From Obrimoposthia wandeli (Eukaryota): DNA of 64,000 nucleotides. Made by a program: the position numbers and the translations under genes. The notes beneath the pieces were generated by a model. The model did no database searches. It saw only the letters and a list, made by a program, of their open reading frames with translations, and had not been told where the DNA came from. Positions 14,401 through 26,758 of this stretch are shown here, in pieces. Within the stretch, counting starts at the first letter, position 1. Each line of letters opens with the position of its first letter. Location: NCBI GenBank assembly GCA_977020255.1, contig CDROCS010002559.1, positions 248,001-312,000 on the forward strand. The letters run 5' to 3'.

Positions 14401-15787
14401 TCGGTCTGAATGCAATGTACTGGTAACCATTTGTCTAAGATGAAATCGATAAACAATGATTAAATAACAAAACAATACATAGCAGAAGCATTGTGTAAAA
14501 CTGGTTTTGCCGACGCCTCTGTTTCCTGTCAGTTGGGTGATAAGTGATACATGATCACTTTCATCAAAGGTCCTGAACTCAGTCTAGAAACACTAATAAG
14601 ATTAACAGAAACCGCATCATACCCATACAGATTCAGGAAACGGTGCAAGATTGGAATTCATTTTTTTCAGCGCTTCAGTATCGAATAAAACGGCATCTAA
14701 AAATACAACGATTATTTATATTTAGAATTAGTCTGCAAGCTGAAACTCAGTCAACTTCTTTTATACTAAAAATATTTTTGTATCTAAACCCCATGAGTGT
14801 CTGTTAATACATATTCGTACATGTTTTTAGTCAATTCATTCCAGGTATATTTTTCTTATTGGAAAAACGAGTAACTTTTTTATGATATATGAAAAGTGGT
14901 TTGACTTTATTAAACGTTTAATAAAATGTAATGATTTGTAATCTGATACAAGTTTAATTGAAAATTGAAGGGGTTTAAAATAATAATAAAACCTGTTTAC
15001 TTCCACATTAAAAATAATTTAGTTTACTTAATTTAAAATAACTTGTTTAATAACATTTTAGTATTGACATGAGTATTACCACATAATATTTTTCGCTAAA
15101 ATAGAAGTGCTTTCATTAAAAGATATTCAAGTATATGTTAAGTTTTATTTTTGATCAAATAATGGACATATCAAAGTGTTAATATATAAACATAAGTTTT
15201 CATTGAATTAATGTGACGAAGTTTTCAAAACTAATGAAACGAGTTTCTTGTTACTAATTTCTGTAATGTATTCATATTTATGGGAATATCAAACAAAAGC
15301 ATACCAAAATCCAATTTAGCCATCTTTTTAACATTGCAATTCGAATTTGGAGTCGGCATAGATTCTGCAATTCTCTCCAAAACAGCACTATAATCATTTT
15401 GATCATTGTTTTCACTATTCATGTCAAATTTTCTTTTTCTAACATTAGGTTTACATCTCTCTAATTTAAAATAAAGTTTTACAACTACACTATATACCTT
15501 GGATATTTTTCAACTCTTCATCAGTAAAGACACTTATTCCACTAATAAACCAATGATTTAAAGGTATTCCTGTAGCATTTTGATCCATTACGAACTTAAA
15601 TCCTTTTCTATACTCATCAATATCGTTATTAGTCAATGCCTTTCTAGTAGAAATATAAGACAAAAAATATTCTACATTTCTGGATGGAAAATCTTGGCTA
15701 TACTGAAATATATTGTAATATAGTAAACAATTAACTTACAAAAAACGCTTCCTTAATATATGTCAGGCTTTGCAATATTTGGGACAT
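2401..15787 (-). CDS. Highly diverged multi-exon AAA+ ATPase (p97/PEX1/PEX6/AFG2-like clade) with three AAA modules
   Basis: Phase-consistent GT-AG exons: 15787-15740, 15702-15498, 15460-~15250, 14583-14479 (Walker A GNRGVGKT), 14434-14342, 14216-14135, 12246-12129, 11413-11131 (VSWEDVGG), 10909-10889, 8133-7580 (GEPGIGKT, LLVDD), ~7400-7230, ~6590-6430, ~6110-5986, 4938-~4760 (GEEGCGKT), ~4640-4320, 2587-2401 (stop). Exon joins between 7580 and 6110, and between ~15250 and 14583, are not fully resolved. Confidence 0.72.
8245..10595 (-). pseudogene. Unknown spliced ORF nested in the AAA gene intron, interrupted by mariner
   Basis: 190-aa ORF 9205-8633 and 78-aa ORF 8661-8425; phase-2 splice 8429/8341 to a terminal exon ending TGA at 8245. 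Removing the mariner restores an open frame from 10486 into the 190-aa ORF. No recognisable domain. Confidence 0.45.
9234..10445 (+). mobile_element. Mariner (DD34D) transposon, decayed
   Basis: TIR core TCAATAAGTCCCTAGCCTACC at both ends, TA TSD (9232-9233, 10446-10447). Motifs WVKYFKNGRTSVFDDERTGRP, IVTTDE, LTVFWDSRGVI, LHDNAPVH, HPPYSPDLAPCD, with stops and frameshifts. Confidence 0.93.
12750..13460 (+). mobile_element. Tc1-like transposase relic in an intron
   Basis: Degenerate FNLDGPD and FQQNNAS motifs; boundaries approximate. Confidence 0.45.
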
Positions 15788-16303
15788 ATTTTTATGTGAA
15801 ATAATAATAAAATAGACAAAATTAAAAATTGTATCCCAGCAATTTGAATGTTCCGGTAAATTATTATATTTATTAAATATTATTTAAACAACTGTGATTT
15901 TTAGTTAATACCACGTGCTTAAATAAATAAATAAAATTTTATTTTTAAAAACGTTAAAATACATTTATTATTAAATAGTTTGATGAATTTTTAATAAAAC
16001 ATTACATTGAAACATTATGATTTTTTTTTAATTAAATTTTACTTTACAGATTTAAAATATAATTTTAAATCATAGTAAACAATATGTTAGCGTAAATACG
16101 CTTAGTAAACTCTCCCAAATCATTTAATATACAAATCTAGGCAGTTTGCAAAGCCAATCAAATTTTTTAAAATCATGATATTGAATCCAAGCTTTTTGTC
16201 TTTTTAGAGACATGTTGTGTAATTAAATTGAAACTTTGGAACAAATGTTTGCGCTCCAAAGTAGCATCAGATAGTTAATTTCGTACTCTATTACAGACTC
16301 TAC

Positions 16304-16627
16304 CAGTGGTTTTCAACCATTTTCTGTTGCGACACACTCTTTAGGTTTGATATATTTCGTGACACATCATGATTAGAGATGGGGAGAATTTTTTTTTTAA
16401 AACTGCTTGTTTCTTATGGTTAAAATATGTCTAATTCATTTGATAATAATAATAGGTGTCATAGTCGTTTTATCTGGTCATTCATTCAGATTCAGAAGTG
16501 TTTTATTTCTTTAATTATCTTGTGTTGCCACTCTAAAATTTTTAAAATCATCTAAATTTTGTCGTGCACACTTGTATGACATTCGCGACACAATAATGTG
16601 TCGCAACACGCCTCTTAGGAAACATTG
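16304..16627. mobile_element. hAT-type MITE
   Basis: Termini CAGTG...CATTG, subterminal TTGCGACAC/GTGTCGCAA inverted repeat, near-perfect 8-bp TSD GACTCTAC/GACTATAC. Confidence 0.75.
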
Positions 16628-17064
16628 GACTATACAATCGAACTTGCACCATTTAGGTTTGATTCAAAAATATTCGTACTGCTTTTTTTTAAAGATTATC
16701 GATACTCTTCTTACAAAAAATTGAAAAAGCTTTGAGATCCCATTTAGTTCCTAAATTAGAATATTATATTCCTGAGTAACTGATATGGAGTTTTTTGGTT
16801 CAACTTAGAATATTAACAACTTAAAGGTAATTAAATCAGGTATCAATGTCGATGAAAACTTAATAGAATTGAATAGTTTTTGTAAAAGATATTGGATGTT
16901 GGATATTGACTCAGTTCTGTATATGTTTTCACAAATAAATTTCGCAGTATCTCACCATGTACAGTATATTTAAAAATGTCCCTTCTATACAACACTCTTT
17001 AGTTATTATACATCAATATTGATGAGATATAGGCGTTTGTTTATTGATACTCTGTAATAGTATA

Positions 17065-18560
17065 TGTTGGGAATGAGAAAATGTTTGATTGTTGTGTTAG
17101 GGTTGTTTTGGGGAGATGTTAATTGATTGTTCCCTTAATTAAGGGGCGATTGGGGGAATTATTGCAATGCACTTTGGCATTTAACAGCGGCAGTCTTTTG
17201 TGCACTCAGAGACACATGGCTGGCGGAGAGACGGATCCACTGCAACTACCGGATTCTCCAGTGCAGTTTGCACAAATCAATCCAATATCCCTCTCTCCTT
17301 TGAGTCAATGCGACCGTAGCCTCGTTATCTCTACCAGCACTACCCACTCTGCTGCTCTGACCGATCCATGCAGTATATGTGTGTGCACGCTACACCGATT
17401 CTCCATCAACGGCATGGATCAATACTTCCACTCTTCCCTTATTTGACACCTATATATAAAGGAAAGCGTAGTCTGACAAAAACCCAAACAAAAATTGATC
17501 CACATAAATTTTGAAACAAGTTTTTGAAATTATGCCATTACTTTTTGATTGAAATTTGTTTTACGAATTTAATTTTAACCCAGTGGATATTAGAAACCAT
17601 CAAACAATTATACTTCGATTGGAATTCAGATTAACATTTTTGAATTATTAACAAATTGGTGAGCCCGACCCAAAACACAGGTCATATTTACATTTGATTT
17701 AAGATTTTACTTTTCCTTTGATTTTGTGAGAACAGTTTATATTTGTTGAGGGATTGAAAATTTATTTTGCATTTTTAACTATAGTTTGCTTATATATTGT
17801 ATATTTTTATTTATTTTACGATTAATTTTGACATTTTTAAATTTTCCTATAGTTGAGGTGTTTGCAGCTTCGCGCATAAGCCTCGTAAATTTAAAATACT
17901 AAATAGTTGAGGTGTTTGCAGCTTTGCGCACAAGCCTCGTAAGTTTAAAATACTAAATACTTGAGGTGTTTGAAGCTTTGCGCACAAGCCTCGTAAGTTT
18001 AAAATACTAAATAGTTGAGGTGTTTGCAGCTTTGCTCACAAGCCTCGTAAGTTTAAAATACTAAATAGTTGAGGTGTTTGAAGCTTTGCGCACAAGCCTC
18101 GTAAGATTAAACATAATTTTGTTTTCTGAAACATAGTCGAGTTCTATTCTCTAATTTTCTTTTATAATTTGAGTTGTGTTGGTCACTTTAATTGTAAAAT
18201 TAATAAAAAATAATTTATCGGTTTTCGGAGTTCTGTTCACATAAAGGCTAAACACTGGCTGTTGTCGGATAGAGTTTTGAACACTGACATATTTATTAAA
18301 AAGTAATCAACAAACGAAGCACAACTCAAATTTTAACATTTTCCTTCAAACTGCTTTACCAATAAAGATTCGTTTTTGAGAACTATAAATTGGAGTGGAT
18401 TTATCTATTAGAGGCGTAATTGTAAAATAAAAAACTATAAAGATAATAAAAATTTAAAAGAATTATATATATATATTTTTGTATAAAAAATAAAATTGAT
18501 CAAAAATTGGAAATTTGTTCGCAAATTGTCTTGTTTCCCAAGTTACGTCGAGTGCTATCA
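17065..18560 (+). mobile_element. LTR-like element related to the solo LTR at 36731
   Basis: The first ~130 bp are clearly similar to 36731 onward (TGTTG.GAATGAGAAA ... CCCTTAATTA ... ATGCACTTTGGCATTT). Candidate 3' end ...CTATCA is followed by TATA, matching the left flank TATA; the 3' boundary is uncertain. Confidence 0.55.
17849..18110. repeat. 54-bp tandem repeat, ~5 copies
   Basis: Unit ATAGTTGAGGTGTTTGCAGCTTTGCGCACAAGCCTCGTAAGTTTAAAATACTAA starting at 17849, 17903, 17957, 18011 and 18065. Confidence 0.95.
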
Positions 18561-18959
18561 TATAAAGACTATATACTGGTTGGCGGTGGTAGTGCTCAAA
18601 GTGATAAGGGACAGAGATTTTTGAGAGAAATTTTTGAGTCTTGATATTGTACTCTAAATTAAAAACAACATAAAATCAAATAAAACTTCGGATAGATAAA
18701 TTTTCTCCAGAGATTTTCAAAGAAAGTATTTTTGATATTATTAAGAGAACTTGATTTTGAGATTGACCAAATAACTTTTACGAATATCATCGAAATATTT
18801 TTAGTTTCAGTACGCATTACACATTTATCATTTGTCACAATATTTGTTTTTGAAACTTTAAAATAAATTAAAACAACACAAACCCAAAGAACTATCACAA
18901 AAAACAAACACACAAAATAAATAAACAAAAACGTAGCGCTAGCCTTCACTGGAGACGAA

Positions 18960-20290
18960 TTCAAACAAGATTAGTTTGGACAGACTCCAGTGAAAAAACG
19001 ATTCAAAGACCCAAATCACAAATCAGTCTTGCAACAAATAACGATTTACTTACACAAACTTCCTCACTCTCAGAACATCTAAACCTAACATTAACTTCAG
19101 ATACAGAGAGTTTACCTTCACCACAAACATCTGACTCAGATAGTTCGTCAGAGATAACAGAAGCAGTGGCCGTACCAGAACCACATATTATACAGATAAA
19201 CAACAAACAAATAATCAATCAACCTCAAATAATAGCTGCACATAAGTTAAATGTTCCATTAGACGCTTTCAATGGCGATAAATCTTCACTACCTGAATTT
19301 TTAAATAGGTTTGATTCATTTGCTCAGTCATTTGAATGGACTAATGTAGAGAAAATTAGGGTTTTTCCGGCGTATTTAAAGGGCACTGCCTTGACAATTT
19401 ATAGAGGATTAAATAATGAACAAAAATACACATGGGACCATTTGGTTCAGAATTTTCAAAATATGATTTTAGGAGCACAATCAGAACAAAATTACCTTAA
19501 CCAATTTAGGCAACGTGAGCAACATATGGGAGAACCCACAAATATCTTTGCAGTTGAATTACGAAGATAAGCCTTAAAATCATTTCCCGGAATTGAGGAA
19601 ACCTTAAGAGAACGCTTACTACTACATCAGTTCCTATATGGACTAAACGATAAAATCAAAAATCACCCAGCACTACTAGAAGTAGAAAATTTTCAACAGG
19701 CTGTAAATAAAGTTCAACTTGTAGAAACCCGCTTAAATATGTTGCAACAAACAGAAGTTTCAGCAATGACTCTTGAAAAAATACAACGACCATCAACACC
19801 ACAAAATAGCAACCAAACTGAAAACTTTAACCCAAACACACAATTTTATTACCAAAACCAACAACAATATAGACCACCGACCAATAACTTTAATAGAAAT
19901 CAAATAAATAGAAACTATACAGACTCACAATTTACACAAAGACCTTACCAGAAATGCACAAATTGTGGACTGCAAGGTCACACAATAGAAAATTATCGGA
20001 AAATAACTAATAATAAATTCTGTAGATTTTGTAAAAAAGATAATCATAACATTGAGACTTGTCAAAAATTGTTATATAGACAAAATAATAATGTAAGACC
20101 CCAAAATTATAATTTCAATAATCCAAATAATAATTTCAGAAGTCCATATAACAATTTCAATAACCAGAATAATCAAGCTAAATATTTTAATGCTAATACA
20201 AAATTTTGTAAAATATGCAATATGAAAAACCACAACACTGACGAATGTGGTAAACTAAATACAGTAATGAATCAATTTAGTAACACCTGA
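18960..20290 (+). pseudogene. Gypsy Gag (capsid plus three CCHC knuckles)
   Basis: LDAFNGDKSSLPEFLNRF...WTNVEKIRVFPAYLKGTA...TWDHL; knuckles CTNCGLQGH, CRFCKKDNH...C, CKICNMKNH...C. One in-frame stop at 19568-19570; start approximate. Confidence 0.85.
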
Positions 20291-20699
20291 ATAAAACAAC
20301 AACAACAACCACAAATTCAAAAGTCAGTGCAGTTTAACAATCAAAATCAACAATTTGCTTACAAAAACCCAATACATACTATAGAAAACACTGATATAAC
20401 CCAGGAAACTGAAGAAGTCTCACTATTAAGATTAAGACAACAAAAGATAGATAAACGTTACAAAGAAACACAACAACAATATCAGGATGATGGCCAAAAT
20501 ACAAATGGTTCAAACGCACAGTCAGAATTTGGAGACATGTTTAGAAACGGTTGCCTGACATTAAAACACACAAATATGAAAATAAACCAAAATACTCAAA
20601 CACAAAACACACAGTCAAAAATTAAAAATAGAAAGCGAAAGTCACCAAAAAAGCGAAAAATAAAAACTATTAAAAATACATACTGTTCTAACAAAAACA

Positions 20700-22613
20700 T
20701 ACAAAAACTATGGAAATTAATTCAATTAATATTTACAATATGTATAATTATGAATATAATAAAACCTATAAATGCTCTTGAAGCATATGATTGCTCAAAA
20801 TATAGTATCCAAAATAAATACTCCTTAATGGATTTACAACAATGCGCCGACGCAGACCCAAACGAAGTAAAAGTTAAAACCACTAAGTTATTCCACGTAT
20901 ATCAGGAAACAGATTTTATAAACACCGAAGTTTTTGAGTGTAGGGTACACGTAGAAACATTCATAACATATTGCGGACAACACAGCCATAATTCGATTGT
21001 CAAACCTGCACTAGGAAAAATACCAATAATTGTCGACGCACTAAATTGTAAGGACGCTTTTGCATCAGGAGAACTAAGAATAGATAGATAAATTAAAGGA
21101 CGAGCAGTAAAAAATAAAATAATACAACAAATGATTACAGTAGTAGGAACAATAAAATCTGACGGTGCATGTACAACAGGTACATACGTCGTGATGGGAG
21201 TCAAACAAAGTGGCTTAGTAGTTATAAAATACTTTGAAGTGGAACTAAGAACGTTCAAGGCAACATTTGACCCATCTACAAATAATATGGTAACTTTGCC
21301 ATTTTGCGAAGCTAATATATAGGTCATTGCAATACAGGATCCTCAATTTTAAATTAGAAGGTAAAAACAGACCAATGCAAATTAATACTCCTTAAATCTG
21401 AAAGTTTTCAAATAATTCAAGGTCAAAGATTTAAAGATGACCCAGAACTTGATCAAAGAGTTCCAAAAGATATACATAAAAAATATAGGTCAAGAAAAAT
21501 TCAAAAAACATCAACCCAAACTATTTTAATGTCAACAGAACAAGGTTCTGGAATGCGATTTATTAAAAAGAAAGAGGAATCCCGATGTGGACATTCTATT
21601 TATACAACAAACTATAAAGGAATACATTTAAGTAAAGAAAAAATATATACGCAAAAACCACACCATCAAAGTTTGACATAAAAAATTATGATTATTTTAA
21701 TAATAAATTAGATTATTTTTATCATAAAGGCTTAATGACAATTGAGTCAATTTATAGAGAGACAATAATGAATGATTGTAAATTAAACCAAGAAATTTTA
21801 AAAACAAAATTGGCCATAATTGCTACAAATCCAGAATTAATAACACCATTATTACCGTTAGCGGATGGTACTTTTGGAAGAGTAATGGGAGAAGTGTTAT
21901 ACACTTAACAATGTAAAAAAGTAATAGTTAACATAAGAAATCATAATAAATGTACTAAAGAATTACCAATTTCATATATAAATCATTCGTTATTCGTTGA
22001 ACCAATTACCAGAATAATACTTTTTAAGACATTTAGCATAAAAAACATAAATTGCTCAAATATAATGGCACCTCACTATCGAATTTCTAGGGATATTTGG
22101 ATATCACTCCCAAGAAGAGACATAGTAGCTCAACCATTAAAGTTACAGTTAACCAACCTCAATAATGACATATAAATAAAATCAGACAATGACATAAATA
22201 CAAAAGGCATATACATACAAGAAGACATAGATAAATTAAGAAAATAAATTTTATTTCCTCAAATTAGATCACGAATTTTAACACAAATTATTGAAAGATC
22301 AGTACCAGACGGAATTGGCCGTCCTGATAACGATTTATTACTTTCTCCAAATCATTTTATAAAAGCTACTAAAAATACAATGTCAAAAATATGGGGAAAA
22401 TTTTTAATTTTTGGTCAAGCATTTTCTGGACTTGTAGGAATATATGCACTACTAATATGCTTTAAAATCCTTTTGAGTCAAATTTTATCTACATATTATA
22501 TTTATAAAGTTGGTGGATTGACATGGAAACTAATTTTGAGATGTTTTCCATTTTTGGCATAATTTCTTATATTTAACCATCATCAAAATACAGCAAATGC
22601 ATTATCGAACGAA
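20700..22613 (+). pseudogene. Envelope glycoprotein, chuvirus (Monjiviricetes)-like class III fusion protein
   Basis: Hydrophobic signal ...IIKPINA followed by LEAYDC...SL...C, FECRVHVETFITYCGQHSH, GACTTGTY, GEVLY.xQCKKV, ELPISY...FVEPITRII, and a C-terminal hydrophobic region WGKFLIFGQAFSGLVGIY. Stops and frameshifts present. Confidence 0.8.
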
Positions 22614-25593
22614 ATGCAAGAAACAAATTTACAAAACCTAGTAGACAATAAAAATAAAGATAATACAGAATCTGCACAATATCCCGATTTAGAAAAATAT
22701 AAAGAAGAAATAATAATTCAAAAATCAACTGCACCAACAATATATACTATAAATCAAATGGATAATGATAGACGACCTTATGTAAAAGTTGAAATAAATG
22801 AGTACAAATTAAAAGCTTTAATTGACACAGGATCAAGCGTAACAGTCTTGGACGAGTCTTTCTTAAAACCACACTAAAAATGACTACTTCTCAGAGATAA
22901 TAGTCAAGTAACAGCAGCAAACGGTCAACCCATAAATATTATTGGTAAATTAGATTGCATTTTTAAAATAGGAGATAAATTTATAAAAATACCTACTAGA
23001 ATAATGAAAAATTGTCCATGCCAGATAATAATTGGAATAGATACATTAAGGAAATTAGGAAACAATTTTCATTTCGACTTCGAGAAAAATTAAATTAAAG
23101 ACATTTAAAGATCAAACGCTAAAAGCGAATAAGAATTAGAAATAAAAGGAGACATCATCCTTCAACCTAGAACAGAAACAATATTACAACTATAAACTAA
23201 CATAATTACAGAAAAATACATTATTCGAATCTTATAAATATCAACAAGAAACACTAAATTACGTTCTACCAAATATAATTTGTAAAATAAAAAATAATAC
23301 AATACAAATCAAAATATTAAATGCAGACATAAACGAGATTCATCTAAAAGTAGGAACGCGCCTTGGAAAAATAAGCGTTATAGAAAATATAGAATTAATT
23401 AATAATGAAAAATAGAAGACAATTCCACTGTAAAATTTGAAAATATTAAATTAAATGATTGAGAAATCAAAACTAAAATCATTAATAGAAACATACGACG
23501 TAATTTTTGCAAAAAATGAATATGACCTTGGACGAACAGATTTAATTAAACATAACCTTCCTTTAACTATTAGTACGGCAATTAAACAACGACCTTATCG
23601 TGTCCCATATGCCTACAGAGATGAAGCTCAAAGACAAATAAAGGGAATGTTAGAAAATAAAATAATAAGAAGAAGTTTTTCAGCTTGGACATCTCCAGTC
23701 GTTTTAGTAAAAAAGAAAGATGGTTCGTTAAGATTCTGCGTAGATTACCGAAAATTAAATGAGGTTACACATAAAGATACATATCCACTCCCAAGAATCG
23801 AGGAAATCTTGGATAAACTAAAAAATGCAAAAATATTTACAATCTTAGCTCTACAAAGTGGATATTGGCAAATAGAGATAGACGAATCAGACAAAGATAA
23901 AACAGCATTCTCAACAGGCGAATGACTGTACGAATTTAATGTTCTACCTTTTGGACTAACAGGTGCTACAGCAACATTTCAGAGATGCAAGAGCCACATT
24001 CTAATGGACGCAGATCACGTCATGGTATATATCGATGACATACTAATTTTCTCAAAAAACTTTGAGGAACATTGAAAAGATTTAGAGAATGTATTTCTTA
24101 GACTAAAAATAGCAGGTTTAAAATTAAAACCAAATTATCTAGGTCATGCAGTGTCTGCAAAAGGAATTCAACCAGATGAAAGTAATATAGAAAATATTTT
24201 AAAAAATCCGATCCCAAAAACAGTAAAAATATACAAGAATTTTTGGGACTCGCAGAATATTATCGTAGATTTATCAGAAACTTTGCACAAATAGCGACAC
24301 CGTTAAATAAACTCATTAAAAAGGATGAAAAATTTGAATGGGAAACAGAACAACAAGAATCATACGAATACTTAAAACAATAATTAATTGAAAACCTATA
24401 CTTAGATATCCTAATTTTAATAACTCATTTTTGGTAATGACTGACGCAAGTGGATACGCGTTATGAGCAGTACTAGGACAACAAGATAATAACGTAAAAG
24501 ATCATGTGATAGCTTACACAAGCAGAGGTCTTACAAAACACGAAATAAATTATTCAACTATAGAAAGAGAATGCCTAGCTATTTGTTTTGCTATGGAACA
24601 TTTTAAACATTACTTATTAGGTCGAAAAGTTTACGTTTATACTGATCAAAGACCCTTACAGTGGCTACTAAATCATAAAGATACAACATCTAGATTAATG
24701 AGATGGGCATTAATTCTTTAAAAATATGATATCGAGATAAAATATAGAAAAGGTAAATCAAACGCTAACGCAGATTGTCTATCTCGAATAAGAGAAGACA
24801 TAAACACAATGACTTTAGATGATACTGAATTAAATCTTTTCACAATAATTAAAGCAAAATATGATGAAAAAGTAATCACAGATATTCAATGCAAAGATAC
24901 TGAAATACAACAAATAATTAAGTACATCACCATCAATCAAGTTCCAACAGATGAAAAATTAAGAAAACATTTGAAAATTCATAAATCTCGTTATAAATTC
25001 AGTAACAATATTTTACATTATTTAAACGATAAAAATCTGTACTCACTAGTTATTCCTAAAGAAATACAATGTCAATTACTCCTTTAATATCATAACGGAG
25101 CTTTAGGAGGAAATCTTTCAACAAAAAAGACACATTCGAGATTAAACTTAAAATTAGAGAAAAAATAAAACTAGCATTCGAAAAAGCTAAATTATTTGTA
25201 AAAAACATACAAGAAAATTACAAAGAATATTATGATGGAAGAACTAAGCCATCAAATATAAAAATCGGAAGTAAAGTAATGATTCACAATCCACAAATCA
25301 ATGTAGGATTATCACACAAATTATCAAAACCATACAAGGGACCATATACAGTCATTAGTACCAACGTAACTAACATAACAGCTAAACTCGACAATGAACC
25401 AAAATCACAAGAAATAAGAACACATATAAACAGATGTCGAGAAATACCTGAGGAAAATATAAAATTAAAAAGTCACAAATATAACTTCAATAATACTGTT
25501 CTACAAATGTTAACTATAAAAAACTCACAAAAACAAAACAAGTCTATTTTGAGTCATCAAACTAGAAATACAATAAAAATGTCAATAAAATAA
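22614..25593 (+). pseudogene. Gypsy pol (PR, RT, RNase H, IN with catalytic core deleted)
   Basis: ALIDTGS; SPVVLVKKKDGSLRFCVDYRKLN; SGYWQI; YIDD; TDASG; YSTIERECLA; NADCLSR. IN jumps at ~25150 from the zinc-finger region to IREKIKLAFEK and the GPY region. Confidence 0.92.
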
Positions 25594-25605
25594 ATATGTA
25601 AAATA

Positions 25606-26758
25606 ATGATGTTATTAGTAATATATGTTGCAGTAAAAAGTAACCTAATAAAAGTAAACGCTATAAACCTGAATGAAAATCAATTAATAGTAAAAGACGA
25701 AATAAATAGATACGACTCATCAACACATCTCATAAAAATTTTGGACTAATTACAATAATACCTGAAATCACATCAATAAAGTTGAAAATATCACTCTTTA
25801 CAAAAAAATTAGGAAGAATTCAAATAATACAATCTGAAAAAAATCAAATCATAAATATTTACCAAATCGAATCAAAAAATTATATAATACCATTTTTAAG
25901 AACAGAAACACAATACAAAATAAGAGTAAAGTCGAATTTAAAGAATATAACACTCTATGAAAGAATTATAGAAACTCACTTATACTTAGCTTCAATATTA
26001 AAAACGACAGAAAAATATATATCAAAACATCAAATCATGATAGATTGGGAATTTCAACTTAAAATATATAACTTAGATAAAGCCCTCATTAGAATTAGAT
26101 ATAGAGGACATAATGCTCATTTTTGGAAAGACGCAGAAAAACAATTAGAAAAATCACAAATCAGAACAAATATAACTATAAAAAATATAAGATATCCAGA
26201 ACAAATAATTATGAATAATAGAGAATGTGTAATTACTAACAAACCAATAATGTATAGACAATGGGACAACAATTTGAGACTTGTAGAAATCTAACAAACT
26301 TAAGGATTTTAGGAAATAAAATATCCAAATTATATCAACCTACGATTTTTTGTGGCCAGTGGTCAGTAATTACAATTAGGAAATGTATCAAAGAAACAAC
26401 CATAAAACAAATACCACATACTACAACCTTCACAACAAAGGCTTATGAAATTACAAATTAAAGTAATATCACAGAAAATAAAACAATTAACAAAAAATTA
26501 AAACAACAGAAACAATACCCTATAAATCATTTAATGAAAGTCTAAAAATACACTTTAGTAAACAAAAATACTCAAAAAATATGAATAACAAGGAAAATTT
26601 TATAACAATCATAATAATTGAAATCTTTACATTAATCATAAAAATAACATGGAAGATCATTAAAGTAAAAAATAACACAATTTTCAAAAAACATTATCGG
26701 AATAAATATTGTGAACCACCTGGCCCATTTATAATATCCATCATACCTAGCTCTTCAA
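25606..26758 (+). pseudogene. Extra 3' ORF: signal-like segment, fibronectin type III-like repeats, Thr-rich stalk, putative TM
   Basis: MMLLVIYVAV...KVNA; NYIIPFLRTETQYKIRVKS and IMIDWEF...IRIRYRG...FWKD match FN3 strand patterns; TTTFTT stalk; hydrophobic FITIIIIEIFTLII. Frameshifted. Confidence 0.5.

Larger units (their letters stand above)
18577..26758 (+). mobile_element. Ty3/Gypsy LTR retrotransposon with gag-env-pol order, decayed
   Basis: Order is gag, glycoprotein, PR, RT, RNase H, IN fragments. Possible PBS (TGG...) at 18577. No 3' LTR visible; the element abuts the Polinton TIR. Confidence 0.9.

Noticed and set aside
14340-15790. Naming the host species from intron size
   Set aside because: A ~37-nt intron mode fits more than one compact-intron invertebrate lineage; it cannot be resolved without a search.
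17849-18110. 54-bp array as a CRISPR
   Set aside because: No unique spacers; it is a plain tandem repeat.
18577-18594. Specific tRNA assignment for the Gypsy PBS, and the 17065 LTR as its 5' LTR
   Set aside because: The sequence does not exactly match a tRNA 3' end I can name, and the LTR has a candidate TSD of its own; left unassigned.
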